This document shows positions 35,476 to 46,610 of a stretch of 64,000 nt of DNA, piece by piece. The stretch comes from Hyaloraphidium curvatum SAG 235-1. Taxonomy: Eukaryota; Fungi; Monoblepharomycota. Below the pieces are notes generated by a model, which had not been told where the DNA came from, searched no databases, and saw nothing but the letters and a program-made list of their open reading frames with translations. The first letter of the stretch is position 1; each line of letters opens with the position of its first letter. The translations under genes and the position numbers were made by a program. The stretch covers positions 496,001-560,000 of the forward strand of contig JAIVFI010000025.1 of NCBI GenBank assembly GCA_025558095.1, given 5' to 3'.

Positions 35476-38096
35476 TCAAATACGCCCGTATCCGGCCTTC
35501 CCGGGCCATCCAGGCACAAGAGACGACGCATCCTCCTGCTCCTTCCTTCGCCGCTCCTTCCCCCTCCGCAACGCAACCAGCGCAGCGACCGCGCAGCACG
35601 AAGCAGCCAACGCCGTCGAGCCAACCGCAACCGCCGCCGCCAGCAACGCCTCCGCGGTTCCCGCCGAGGACGCCGCATCCGGGGCAGAAGGCGCGGGCTC
35701 CGCCTGCACCTCCTCCTTCCGGGGCACCCTTATCCCAGCGCTGGCATCGGCGCCGATCGACGACGACCTCCGCAGGGCCGAGCTCGGCACCGCGACGTCC
35801 CTCGTCTGCAGCCTCCTCCACCTCCGCTGGCCCGAGGCCGCTTGCTGGTCGAAGTAGATCCTGAAGCTCGCGAAGAAGGAGTAGTCCGACACCGAATCGA
35901 AGTCGTCGGTGGATAGGAAGGCGACCGAAGATACGTCCGACCCGATGTCGGCAGGCATCATGTTGGGCGTCAGCTTCATGATGACCAGGTCCGAGCCGGG
36001 GAAGTACTGGAAGTTGCAGTTGATGGCCAACTGCGACAGCGCGCCGGGCGCGGACGGACCTCCCGCGGATTCGACGAGGGTCGAGTTGACATTGCGCGGG
36101 ATGGCCGTGTTGGTGCCCGAGTTCGGGGTGCGCAGGGTCTGCTTGCGGAGCAGCGTCAGCTTGGTCAGCCGCGACTCGTAGATCGGGAGGTCGGGCGAGG
36201 TGAAGCGGGTCGTCAGGGTGACGGTATCGCCGAAGAAGTATCCGGATTCGGTGTCGGTGGAGGCACGCCGCGCCACGGCGCCGGATGCGCCGTACTCTCG
36301 CCGCCGCAAGGCCTGGGCGGGCGTGCGCACGGCCACGCGCATCGACACGACGGTGTAGTCGCCCCCAAACCCGGTGCGGGCTGCGAACGCTTCGTAGGCC
36401 CTCGCGGCTGTCACGCCGGCGCACGTGGTGTTGGTCACGGCGGGATCCGACATCTCGTACCAGTTCTCGATCGACCTGACCACGGCCATGCCGTTGGACA
36501 TGTAGAGGTTGAGGACCTCGCCCTTGATCCATCCGTCGCAGCTGAACGCGATGTAGTGCTTGCTTTCCAGGCTCTGCGAGTACCCCGGTGCGAGGAAGAT
36601 CTTGCCCGCCATCTCGACGTTCGGCGGATCGAAGTAGGGGCTGCCGAAAACCGCTCCAGTCTCGATGTCGACGTAGCTCAGATCCAGTGCAGGTCCGATG
36701 ACGATTGGGTCACCGGATGTGGATACGTTGGCGACGGTGTACAGCACCGTAGTGCCGAACAGCTTCCATGACGGGTTGACGTAACCGCACTTCTTGGCCT
36801 TCCCAGGAGCGGGGTCCGCCCCCGCACCGATCCCGGCGGCGCTGCAGACGAACGGCCCCGCGACGGTGGCCTCGAACCACGAGCCCGTCTCGTCCGACCC
36901 GAAGCGCGCCAGGGCGCCCGCGGGAGCCCCGCAGGTCTCACCCTCCTGCGCGCAGAGGATCCACTTGGACGGCTTGTCGGCCTCCATGACGGCCGACACC
37001 GAGGCGACGGTGTTGTAGAGCGACGTGCACAGGTCCAGGCTCGGCACGCCCTGGGCGTTGGGGGTGCCGATGACGGCGTTGGCGGTGAGTACCTTGCCCG
37101 TGCAATCCTGAGTGCCGGCGGCACCGGGGAAGCAGTCCGTCCGGAAGGGGAAGCCGTACTGGCCGCCGACGTCACATTGCTGGCCAATGTAGATGGCGAG
37201 TTCGCCGGATTGGCAGCAGAAGTCGTGGGTGTCGAAAGGCGCTGTGCTGCCATCAGTCTTGGTGCACGTCGGGGGGTTGTAGGACGCAATCGATACGGTG
37301 CCTGGATACCCGGGCAGAAGGACCAAGTTGTCGGACAGGGTCAGGTTGTTGGGCCACCTGAAAAAACAGTGAGCGCACGATACATGTGCGCGTCGGTCCA
37401 ACCCGTACCGCGAGCACATCTGGAAGTCGACGAGAAGCGTCCGGTTGGTGGACGGGTCGTAGCTGATGCCCGTCACGTTGAAGTTCTTGATGCCTGACTC
37501 CTCGAGGATCTTGATGTCGGTCTGAACGTTCACGGTCGTAGGCAGGGCGATCGACACCGGGTACGCATAGCGCGAGGCCTGCCGGTTGCCGCCGGGGAAG
37601 ACGTCCTGCCATTCCAGATACACGGCATTGTTGCGGACCTCGTAACCGGGGCGGCTGACGGTGTCGGGGTTGGACCAGGCGCAGCCGCGGAGCGAGCGCC
37701 AGGTGCCCCGGAGGGTGTAGTCGTAGCGGCAGGTCGCGGTGCTGCCGACCGAGTCGGCCACGCAGGTGGCGTCCGAGTGCCTGTCTTTGCCGAGGTACAT
37801 GGCCACCTTGCGGCCGGAGACGGGCTTGGTCCAGGCGGCGACCGAGATTTCCGCGCGGGTCATGTTGGTGCGGCCCGCGTCGACCTGGAAGGGGCGGCCA
37901 GTGTTAGCAACCGATCCAAGATGCGGGCAAGCCAACAGCTGGTAGTCACCTGAGGGGCGTTGGTGCCGGGCTGGCCGGACGTGCAGCCAGCGAGGGCGGC
38001 GAGTTCGCCGCGCTGGGCCCAATCAACGCCCTGCGCATCCGAGCCGCCGACCAGGGCCAGCACGGCGGCGCCGAAGAGGGCCGCGAATCCGCGCAT
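35476..38096 (-). CDS. Type I membrane glycoprotein with cysteine-rich ectodomain
   Basis: Signal peptide MRGFAALFGAAVLALVGG; long ectodomain; TM segment followed by RRGKERRRK; introns near 37886-37949 and 37358-37408. Confidence 0.78.
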
Positions 38097-38722
38097 GGTG
38101 GTAGCGGCGGGCGAGCCTTTGCGGGTGATGCAAAAGCTGTTTTTGGCCAGCGTCCCTACTATACAGCGTCCCGGAGTGCGGGCGGCGCCCGCATATGGAA
38201 GACCCTATCGCCGGGCCTGGAACGTCGAGGGATGCCGCCGAAGCAACCAAAAGGGCGCACTCGCGCTGCGTACACTGCTCAAAAGAAGCCGCGTGCCTCG
38301 CGATTCCTCATTTGTGACCTGCCCGCCTGCTTGCTCGCACTTGGCACCTTCCTGTACCGTCCTCGACATTGGAGGCGATCTGCCCCAACGGATCCTCGTT
38401 TCTTCTGCTGCTTGGGGCCCTGTACGAAAGATCAACTTGTCGTGGATGTGCGTACATTGGTTCCAGTATCGCATCCGAAGCAGGAGTCTCCGGTGGAAAA
38501 TCATCAGCGCGTCTATGGCCGAGCGCATCGCCTGAAGCCCTGCACTTCATACAAGGCAAAAGAAAGCCAAGAACGCAAGGAAGAAATTGTTTCCACCTTC
38601 ATGCGATGGTCCAGTGATGTTGGTTGAGGAACGGGTCTCTTGCTTTAATTGAGCAGTTTTGGGCCGCGCGTCCCGCTCGCGCACTCTTTTATCGGGCTGC
38701 CCGGTCGAACCGTTCCGCGACA

Positions 38723-41700
38723 ATGAGCCAGGGCGCGACGGGCGGCTCGCCGCGGCGCCCGGGCCTTTCGCTGTCGCCGCGGCGGCCTCCGCTGCCCACC
38801 GCGGCGCGCGCCGCCGACGCGGTGACTCTCACCGAACGCGGCGCGGCGGCGCTCGCCCTGTGGGCGCGGATCCGCCGGCGGCCGCCCGACCTCGACGGCG
38901 ACCTCGTGCTGCAGGTGCTCGACGTCTACAGATGTGGGGAAGAATGGGACTGCCGGGGGACGCGCTCACACGAGTATCGCAGACACCGTCGATGGGAACT
39001 GGGAGGCCGCCACGGATCTAACGGCCAAAGGGCAATATGCGTACGACCTCGTGCTCAGCGACGGCATTGACAAGGTGTGGTCGCTGGCCATGTGTGCAGC
39101 GCGGCCCGTCGGCTCACTCCATGCCCCGGCACGCCCCGGCAGGCGAAGGTCGTGCTGGACCCCGCGCTGAACAACCTTGTGGCGACCGGCGCCGTCTCCA
39201 AGCTCGACTTCATCTGCCTCCGCGACCTGCGCCGCGCTTACGACTCGTCCAAGCCCAGCGTTCCCGGCGTCAACGTCCTCCTCGACTTCGAGGTCCTCTC
39301 CCCCCGCAGCGCCGCCGTACAGCTCGGCGACCGCAAGCCCTCCTACCCGCGCGGCACCGAGCTCCCCATCCGGATCCGCGCCCCCGCCATCGGCGGGCGC
39401 GGCGCGTACCTCCCCGCGCACGGGATCCACCCGCTTTCCTGGCGCAAAAGGAGCGACATCCCCACGCGCACCTCGCTGACCCTGGACATCGACGCCGGGC
39501 ATCCGGGGATCCCGGACGACCACCCGACCATTGCCGAGATGCTGGCGCTGTACATCGGCAAGAGGCCGCGCGGGTTCGGGACCGTCGGGCCGGGGGACCG
39601 CGAGGAAGAGCCGGCGATCCTCGGGCGGGTGGTCAAGAAGATGGCCTGGATGTGGTACGGGAAGCCGAGCGACGGCGGAGAAAGGTTCCCCTGCCTGTTT
39701 TCCTTCACCATCGGTGGGTCGTTGCCACCTGCATTGCGGCGTGCGAATCTGACGTCGTTGGACAGCCGACTGTTCGGCCGGCGGCGTCACCGAGCTGCAG
39801 GTCAACGTGTGGAACCAGCTCTCCATCGACCTGTTCCACCCCGTGCAGATCAACGACATCGTCTGGCTCGAGGGCTACAAGGCCCGCAACGTCAAGGACG
39901 GCGCCGGCGTCGAGGTGATGCTCAACACGAGGAACCCGAAGGGCGTCCTCCGGATCGTCCGACGTGCGTGGCGTGCCGTGCTTCCGCTCCCCGGTCGCCC
40001 TGACCCCGATCCCGCCAGCCGCCGCCCACCTCTCCTCCTGGCCCCCCGCCTACCTCACCGCGCGCCTTCCACCCCCCCTCCTCCGCCTCCCGGGCTCGCA
40101 CCTCCTCCAGCGCTTCCCCGACAACACCGAGCTCGAACACGCCGGCCTCCTCGTGCACGTCGGCCTGGTCGAGCGCGAGATCGCGGGCGGTGAGGAGGCG
40201 GAGTACCGCTGGTGCGTCGTGCGCGACCTCCACTCCGCCGGCGGCGGAGGCAGGGACGTCGCGGTCAAGGTGTACACGTCCGCGGGGCTGGGTGCGGTGA
40301 GGGGCAGGATGGCGCCCGGGTTCCACCTCCTCGCCACGCACCTCCGCCTGTTGTCCTCGGCAACCCCCGCCAAGAAGCCCGGGAGGCTGGGCGGGAGGGC
40401 GTTGTACCTCGTGGCAACCCGCGCGACGCAGGCGTGGTGCTTCGATCCCCTCGATCCCGGGGGTTGGTGGTTCCTCGACGGCGAACCCGGGGAAATGGTG
40501 CGCAAGATGTGCGTGCCGAGGGAGATGTGGGGGCAGGATTGGACCGTGGGCGGCAACGCGGATCCGGCGAGGCCGCTGGCGGATTACGGGGCGCTGGCGA
40601 GGATGAGGCCGAAACTACCGGATGCGGTGCCGTTTCCGAGGCTGGAGGAGGTGGCGGGGGCGTTGGTGCTGGGGGAGCGCAAGAGGATCTGGGTCGTTTG
40701 CAGGTGGGTGGTCGGGGCTTGCCGCCTTCTGGAAAAGGGGCTCATGCGGCCGATCGGCCAGGGTCAATGCCGTTTGGTTGCCTCTGTCGGGAGGAGGCAG
40801 CAGGCGTCTCCTCATCCGGAACACGGACGAGGCTGAAGGCGTGGAAGGGACGCCCGACGCGGATGCCCGGCCCGAGGCGGCCGAGTCCGAGCGGGACGCC
40901 GAGGACCAGAACGCCGCGCCGGAACCCGAGCCCGAGCCCGAGCCCGAAGCCGCTTCCGGCGCGCAGAAGCGGCCTTTGGAGGACGCCGCGACGCCGGCTT
41001 CCAAGCGGCCCAAGCCCAAGGAGACCCCGGCGTCCATTTTCGGGACGATAGGCTCGTTCTTTGGGTTCGGGCGCAACAGGAACGGGGACGTGGTCGAGGG
41101 CGGCATCGTGGAAGGCGTCGAAGAGGTTGAGAACGGGGAGGGGGCGGAGGGTGCCAAGGAGGCGCCGGCGGTGGAGGGCGGCGAGGGAGCGGAGAAGGAA
41201 CAGGAAGTGCTGCCGGAGGAAGGTTCGGCGGACGGTCGAGCCCCTCAGCCTGAAGACGATCTCGAGGTGGTGATCGAAATCAGCGAACCCGGCACGCCCA
41301 TGTTGTGAGTCGATCGTTCGGTTGTTCGGTCACGGTTTTGACGGCATGTTCCAGGGAACGGGGGATCCTGCGCGTCTCGACCGTCCCCCGCATATTCCCG
41401 CCGCCCCACCCCGATCCCAAGATCCTCGGCGCGCACCTTGAAGCTTCGGCCATTCTGCGCTCTTTCCCCGTGCTCGTCGAGCCCCCCGAGCTGCCCTCGG
41501 ACACGGGCGACCTGCACGACGCTGAGTCGCGCGAGAAGGAGACTGAAGCAGAGTGCTCCGACGCCGCCGCGGACCCGGACCGCCCCGATCCCGTCGAGGA
41601 GCTGCTCGGCGACAGCGCCGCCGATTCGGACCTGCTTCCCGCGTGCTTGGAGCTGGACCCCGTCGATTCGTTCCCGCTCCGATTGCGGGCGCTGGTGCTC

Positions 41701-42093
41701 CCGGACTGCCTGCGCCCCGTCGAAGGCAAGAAGGTGGACGCGGCCAAGGCCATGGACGATCCCGCCGGGTGGGTCAGGTCGGCGTTCGCGGGCGCCATGG
41801 CGCCGTGCCTAGTGCCGCGCATGTCCGAGGCGCTCCTGGCCTCGCGCGACGGCGAGCTGGGTTCGATGCTGGCCGACTCGTGGAACGGGCGCGCGTTCCT
41901 CGTCGCGGTCAACCTTCGCAGGGACGGGCCCGGGGCGGGGGGCGTAAGATGCGTGCTCAGCGAGGGGTACATGGTGCCCGAGGGCGAGCAGGAGGGGGTT
42001 ATGGTCAGAGAGGGCGGGGTGGCGTTCGTGATCAAGGACGGCGTCGAGGAGCGGATCGAGCTGGACGAGGAGGGGGCCGAGGAGGAGGAGTAG
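38723..42093 (+). CDS. RADX: RADX-like (RPA-related OB-fold ssDNA-binding) protein
   Basis: Spliced product VLQVLDVYRY...YAYDLVLSDGIDKAKVVLDPALNNLV, WYGKP...F.IAD...VNVWNQL, LNTRNP, C-terminal FLVAVNLRRDG. Intron 41305-41354 links to ORF 41305..42093. Confidence 0.72.
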
Positions 42094-42386
42094 GAGAATT
42101 GCGATACCGTGGATACCCTCTTGTAGTTGCGCAGCGTTGTTGTGATGCTTTTGGACGGCCTCAGCGCCAATGGCGCGCCTCCATCCCCGATCGCTCTTGG
42201 CGGGACGTGAGTGTCACCCAAACGGCACTATCCCTTGCCAGAAGGCCGCTCCAGTCGACCTTTGTCGGAGCCGCTTTCTAATCTCCCTCTGCCCTCGTCT
42301 GTCGGGCCGGCAACTCGCTCCGCGCCGTCCCTAGGCCATCCACAACCCCGTCCCCGCCCCGCCGCGCGGCCCGCCCGTTCGCGACC

Positions 42387-43649
42387 ATGGCCGCCCTCCC
42401 CGCGACCTACAAGCGCGTGGAGCTCGTCCTCCTCTCCAAGAACTTCCGCGATGCCACCAAGGTCATCGATTGCCCCACCTCGGACCTCGAGGCCGAGCTC
42501 GAGAAGAACCCCGCGGACTCGCTGCTCGTGAGGAACAAGTACCTGGGCGCCAACGCGTCCGACATCATCTTCTCCGCGGGGGGCTACAACCCGGGGCGGC
42601 CCACGCCGTACACGACCGGGCTCGAGGCGCTGGGCGTCGTGGAGAAAGTGGGATCCTCCACCAAAGGCTTCGCACCCGGCGACGTCGTGGTGGTCTTCAC
42701 CACGCTCGGCGGATGCAATTCCGAGCTGCAGGTCGTCAAACCGTCGACGGGCTCGGTGATCAAGGTCACCGGCGCGGCCGAACCGGACCCGCGCTACCTC
42801 GCCGCGGGGCTCAGCGGCCTGACCGCGTCGCTGGCGCTCGAGCAGGTCGCCCACATGAAGATCTGCAAGGGGTCGCCGCTGGCGTCGTACGTGCCGGCAA
42901 ACATGGTCGCCGACGACGCGGAGCCCGAAACGGTGCTCGTCACCGCCGCGGTGGGCGGCACGGGCCTGTTCGCCGTGCAGCTGGCCAAGCTGGCGGGCAA
43001 CACGGTGATCGGCACCTGTGGGACCGAGGAGAAGCGCGAGGTGCTCAGGAAGTGGGGGTGCGACGTAACCGTGAACTGCCGCACCGAGAAGCTGGCCGAG
43101 GTGCTCAAACACAAGTGCCCCAACGGGGTCGACATCGCCTACGAGAGCGTGGGCGGGGACCTGGTCAAGGCCGCGGGGACGAACCTCGCCGTCGGCGGGC
43201 GGCTGGTCATCATCGGCGCGATCGAGAACTACAAGGTGGGCGCCCCGCGCGTCCCGATGCAGCGACGTTGCATGCCAACGCCATGGTGTCGTCCGCAGGA
43301 AGACTCGCCCAAGGGCGCCATGGATGCCGCCGCCGAGATCCTCTCCCCGCTCATGTTCCACTTCTTCCTGCGCTCGGCCTCGCTCGCCTCCTTCTTCCTG
43401 CCCAACTTCTTCACCCCCAACAAGGCGAGCCCCGATCCGCTTCCCCTGTCGCCCGTTTCTGATCCGTGCCTCCAGGTGGCCATTTCGCAGCGCCACATCG
43501 ACCTCCTCGCCGCGCTCATCCGGGACGGCAAGCTCGACGTGCCGGTGGACTCGGAGGGCGGCAAGCTGACGGGAATCGGCGCGGTGCCGGCGGCGGTCGA
43601 GTACCTCCACACGGGCAGGAGCGTGGGCAAGGTCGTCGTGAAGCTCTGA
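42387..43649 (+). CDS. Prostaglandin reductase 3 / ZADH2-like MDR oxidoreductase
   Basis: GANASDI, VLVTAAVGGTGLFAVQLAKLAG, GVDIAYESVGG, GKVVV; two in-frame introns. Confidence 0.9.
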   Translation: MAALPATYKRVELVLLSKNFRDATKVIDCPTSDLEAELEKNPADSLLVRNKYLGANASDIIFSAGGYNPGRPTPYTTGLEALGVVEKVGSSTKGFAPGDVVVVFTTLGGCNSELQVVKPSTGSVIKVTGAAEPDPRYLAAGLSGLTASLALEQVAHMKICKGSPLASYVPANMVADDAEPETVLVTAAVGGTGLFAVQLAKLAGNTVIGTCGTEEKREVLRKWGCDVTVNCRTEKLAEVLKHKCPNGVDIAYESVGGDLVKAAGTNLAVGGRLVIIGAIENYKVGAPRVPMQRRCMPTPWCRPQEDSPKGAMDAAAEILSPLMFHFFLRSASLASFFLPNFFTPNKASPDPLPLSPVSDPCLQVAISQRHIDLLAALIRDGKLDVPVDSEGGKLTGIGAVPAAVEYLHTGRSVGKVVVKL

Positions 43650-43711
43650 AGCGGATCACCCGCCTCCCCTCGGGAAAAAAGCATGTATGCGGGTCCCAAC
43701 CCCCCGTGCAT

Positions 43712-45509
43712 CTAGACCTCGATCGCCTCGTCCCTCCAGACGTCGGCGTCCATCCCTTCCAACCCCCTCCCTCCGACGCTCTCCTCCCAGCCCCTCCTCT
43801 CCCCCTCCGCAACGGCAACGCCGACCTCGGCCGCCCGCATCGCCGCGTGCGCCTCGCCGCCAGTGTTCTTCCAGCTGCACGCCGAGATGGCGCCGGCGCA
43901 GCGGCGCGCGTCCCGGCGGGCGTCGTCCAGCGGGGCCAGGCGGGCGCACGCGGCGTGGAACAGCGCGGCGTGCAGCAGGGCGTGCGGGACCAGGGGGGAT
44001 GCGAGCAGGTACGCCGCGAGGGGGTCGCGCGCGTGGGCCAGGCGGAGGAGCCAGGTGGAGAGGAGCGAGAGGGAGATGCTGCTCGCCGTTGCCAGCAGGA
44101 AGCGCGGGGATCGGACGTACGCGGCGTCCGACGGGTGCGCGGGGGAGCCCAGGAACGAGTCGGGTGCCGAGAGGCGGAGGATCCCCGTGCGCAGGCCCGC
44201 GAGCGCCTCGCACAGCACGTACGGCGAGTGCACGTCCGGTCCCCACAGCGCTCCGCAGCCCGAGCGGAGCAGCGCGAGGTCCCCGGTTTCCTCGGCGGAG
44301 CGGAAGTGCGGGTGCAGCGCGGCCAGGGAGGAGATGAGGAAGCCGAGGAGGGCGTCGCGCCGGGGGGCCAGGGGGGACCAATCGGGGGGAGGGAGGGGGA
44401 GCGACTGCGATTCGGCGTCGTCAAAGAGCTCCGAGGTGCATGCGAGGGCCATGAGGACGGCCATGCGGAGGGGGTTGGGGCCGTATTCGGCCATGCGGAG
44501 CGCAAACAGGGGGGGGTGGCCGTCGTGCGGGGCGGTGACGGCGGCGTGGAGGGTGCCGAGCGTCAGAGGAGGGAAGGGCGAGCCGGGAGGGACGTGGTCG
44601 CCGGGGGGCAGGGGGAGGGCGGCAAAGTCGCGCAGGTCGAGGACCATGCGCGCGGCGCGCTGCAGCGCGACCCGTCCCCTGAGGCGCGGGAGGGTCAGAT
44701 ATTGGGCAGATCGGCGAGCCGCATGACACCCACATGTCGAGGACGATGAAACCCCACGCCAGCCGCACCCACTGCCTCCTGGCCAGCCACCGTTCCGCCG
44801 ACTCGCCCGGCTCCGCCGTCCCCATGCGGTGCGCGAACCTCCGCACCAGCCCCACCGCGATCCGCGCCAGCGGCATGATCGCGGCCACCCTGCCCTCCTT
44901 CATCAGCGCCCGCGGCACGATGCCCAGGGCGGCGAAGGCGGCGAGGTTCGCCGGGGCCAGGGGGTCGAAGTTCGGTGCCGAGACGCAGTTATCGATCCGT
45001 GCGAGTTCGTCGGCGAGCATGGCGGAGGCAGCGCGGCCCAGCAGGCCGGCCGAGTCGCCGGGCTCGACGTAGGTGCCGGTGACTGCCGCGAAGCTGGGAT
45101 CGGAGGCGAACGAGGCGCCGACCCACAGCTGCGTGGCCACCAGCAGGGGATGGGCGGCGAAGGCGGCCAGCGGCGGCGGCGGGTGCTGCGGCAGCGCCCG
45201 GTAGAGCGAGGCGAGGGCGGCGGGCAGCCCGGCGGGCAGCGAAACCTCGGCGAGCGCGCCGAGCGGGTGCGGCCCCCGTGCGGGCGGGGGCGACGGCGCC
45301 GAGCCCCCCGACGACAGCGACGCCGACGGCGTCAGCGTGCCCGGCGCACCCTCGCCGCCCTCGCCGCGGTGCTCTTTCCGCCGCCGATCGGGGCGCCAGC
45401 GGCACTCGTCGCCGCGCGCCGCGCAGTTGTCGCACGTCGAGCCGGGCACGCCGCGGCAGAACACTTTCCGGGAGCGGCAAACACCGCAAGCCCGCGTCGC
45501 GGGGCCCAT
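43712..45509 (-). CDS. Zn(II)2Cys6 fungal transcription factor
   Basis: ACGVCRSRKVFCRGVPGSTCDNCAARGDECRW; intron near 44679-44732. Confidence 0.85.
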
Positions 45510-46610
45510 CGCGGAGGCCGGGTGGCAAGTCAGCGTGAATCCCGGCGGGATCGCGACTTTTTGGCTCTCGAGACGGGACTGGCCGCCGCCCGCTCCAGAC
45601 TCGCCCAGCCCCCCGACAGGATCAAACGCCGAAACCCTTGCCCCTAGGATGATTTCTGGCCGCCAAGGAGCGGCGGATCGATCCATCGGACCGCTCCGAC
45701 GCGGGTTGGTGGCCGCCGCGCTCGCTGGGCACTCCGCACCGCTCGAATTTGCCACATGTAACGCAACGGCACATGTGGGGGACGGCGCCGACACGGCCGC
45801 AGCAATCTGCCGTCGGGTGGATCTGCGGGCGCGCGGCCAACCCGCGGGAGCTGCGGGGCGGGCGTTTGCGCGTCCGGTCTGTCCATTCGGCTTCCCATGT
45901 GCGTGTGCGAGCCCGGGCCCCCGCATACCCGCCCGGAACGGCCGCAGAACCCGAAGACCGCAGGCACTAGCTCACGAGCTTCGAGTAGGTGTTGTGAATT
46001 TGTTCTTTTCTTTGTTCCAATTGTTCGTTTGCTTCGGGCACGTTTTTGTGCGCCGTCCAGCATCCCACAGTCAGCATCCAGCCCTTCAAGTATCTCGTCC
46101 GAGCAGGGTACCCTCCCGGACCCACCGGACAATGCGCTCCAGCGGGCATTCCATCCGCCCGGCATCCAGGGGACCTGAATGTGGGCGAGGCTGCGGCGCG
46201 GCTGGTTTTTCCGGCTGCAACCACGGTGGGGCCACCTGCTTCGCTGCAAAGGGCCAAATACCGGGAACCGAGAAGCGCTCCAGGCTCTACTCATGTCCAT
46301 CCGCGATTTTGTGCGCGCCGGCGCGGCCCGGAGCGCGGCATCCGCGGGTGTGCCCTGCCACGCTCCGGCGTTTCCACGCGCGGCGGTGCGCTCCATCGTC
46401 ACTCAGCGCCGGGCGTTTCCACCACCCCACCCTCCCGCGCCCGCCCGCCGGGGCCGCGCCCTCCGCCGCGGCCCTTTGGCGCGCCCTCCGCGCCCGCGCC
46501 GCGCACGCAGCGGGCGACGGGCGCGCGCGGGCAGCCGCCCCGCGCCCGGGCACCGCCGGGCACCGTCCCCCCACTCCCTCCCCCGCCCGCCCCGCTGAGA
46601 CGCCGCCGCG

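Noticed and set aside
41305-42093. Independent gene downstream of the OB-fold protein
   Set aside because: It lacks a suitable ATG and splices in frame to the upstream exon via intron 41305-41354.
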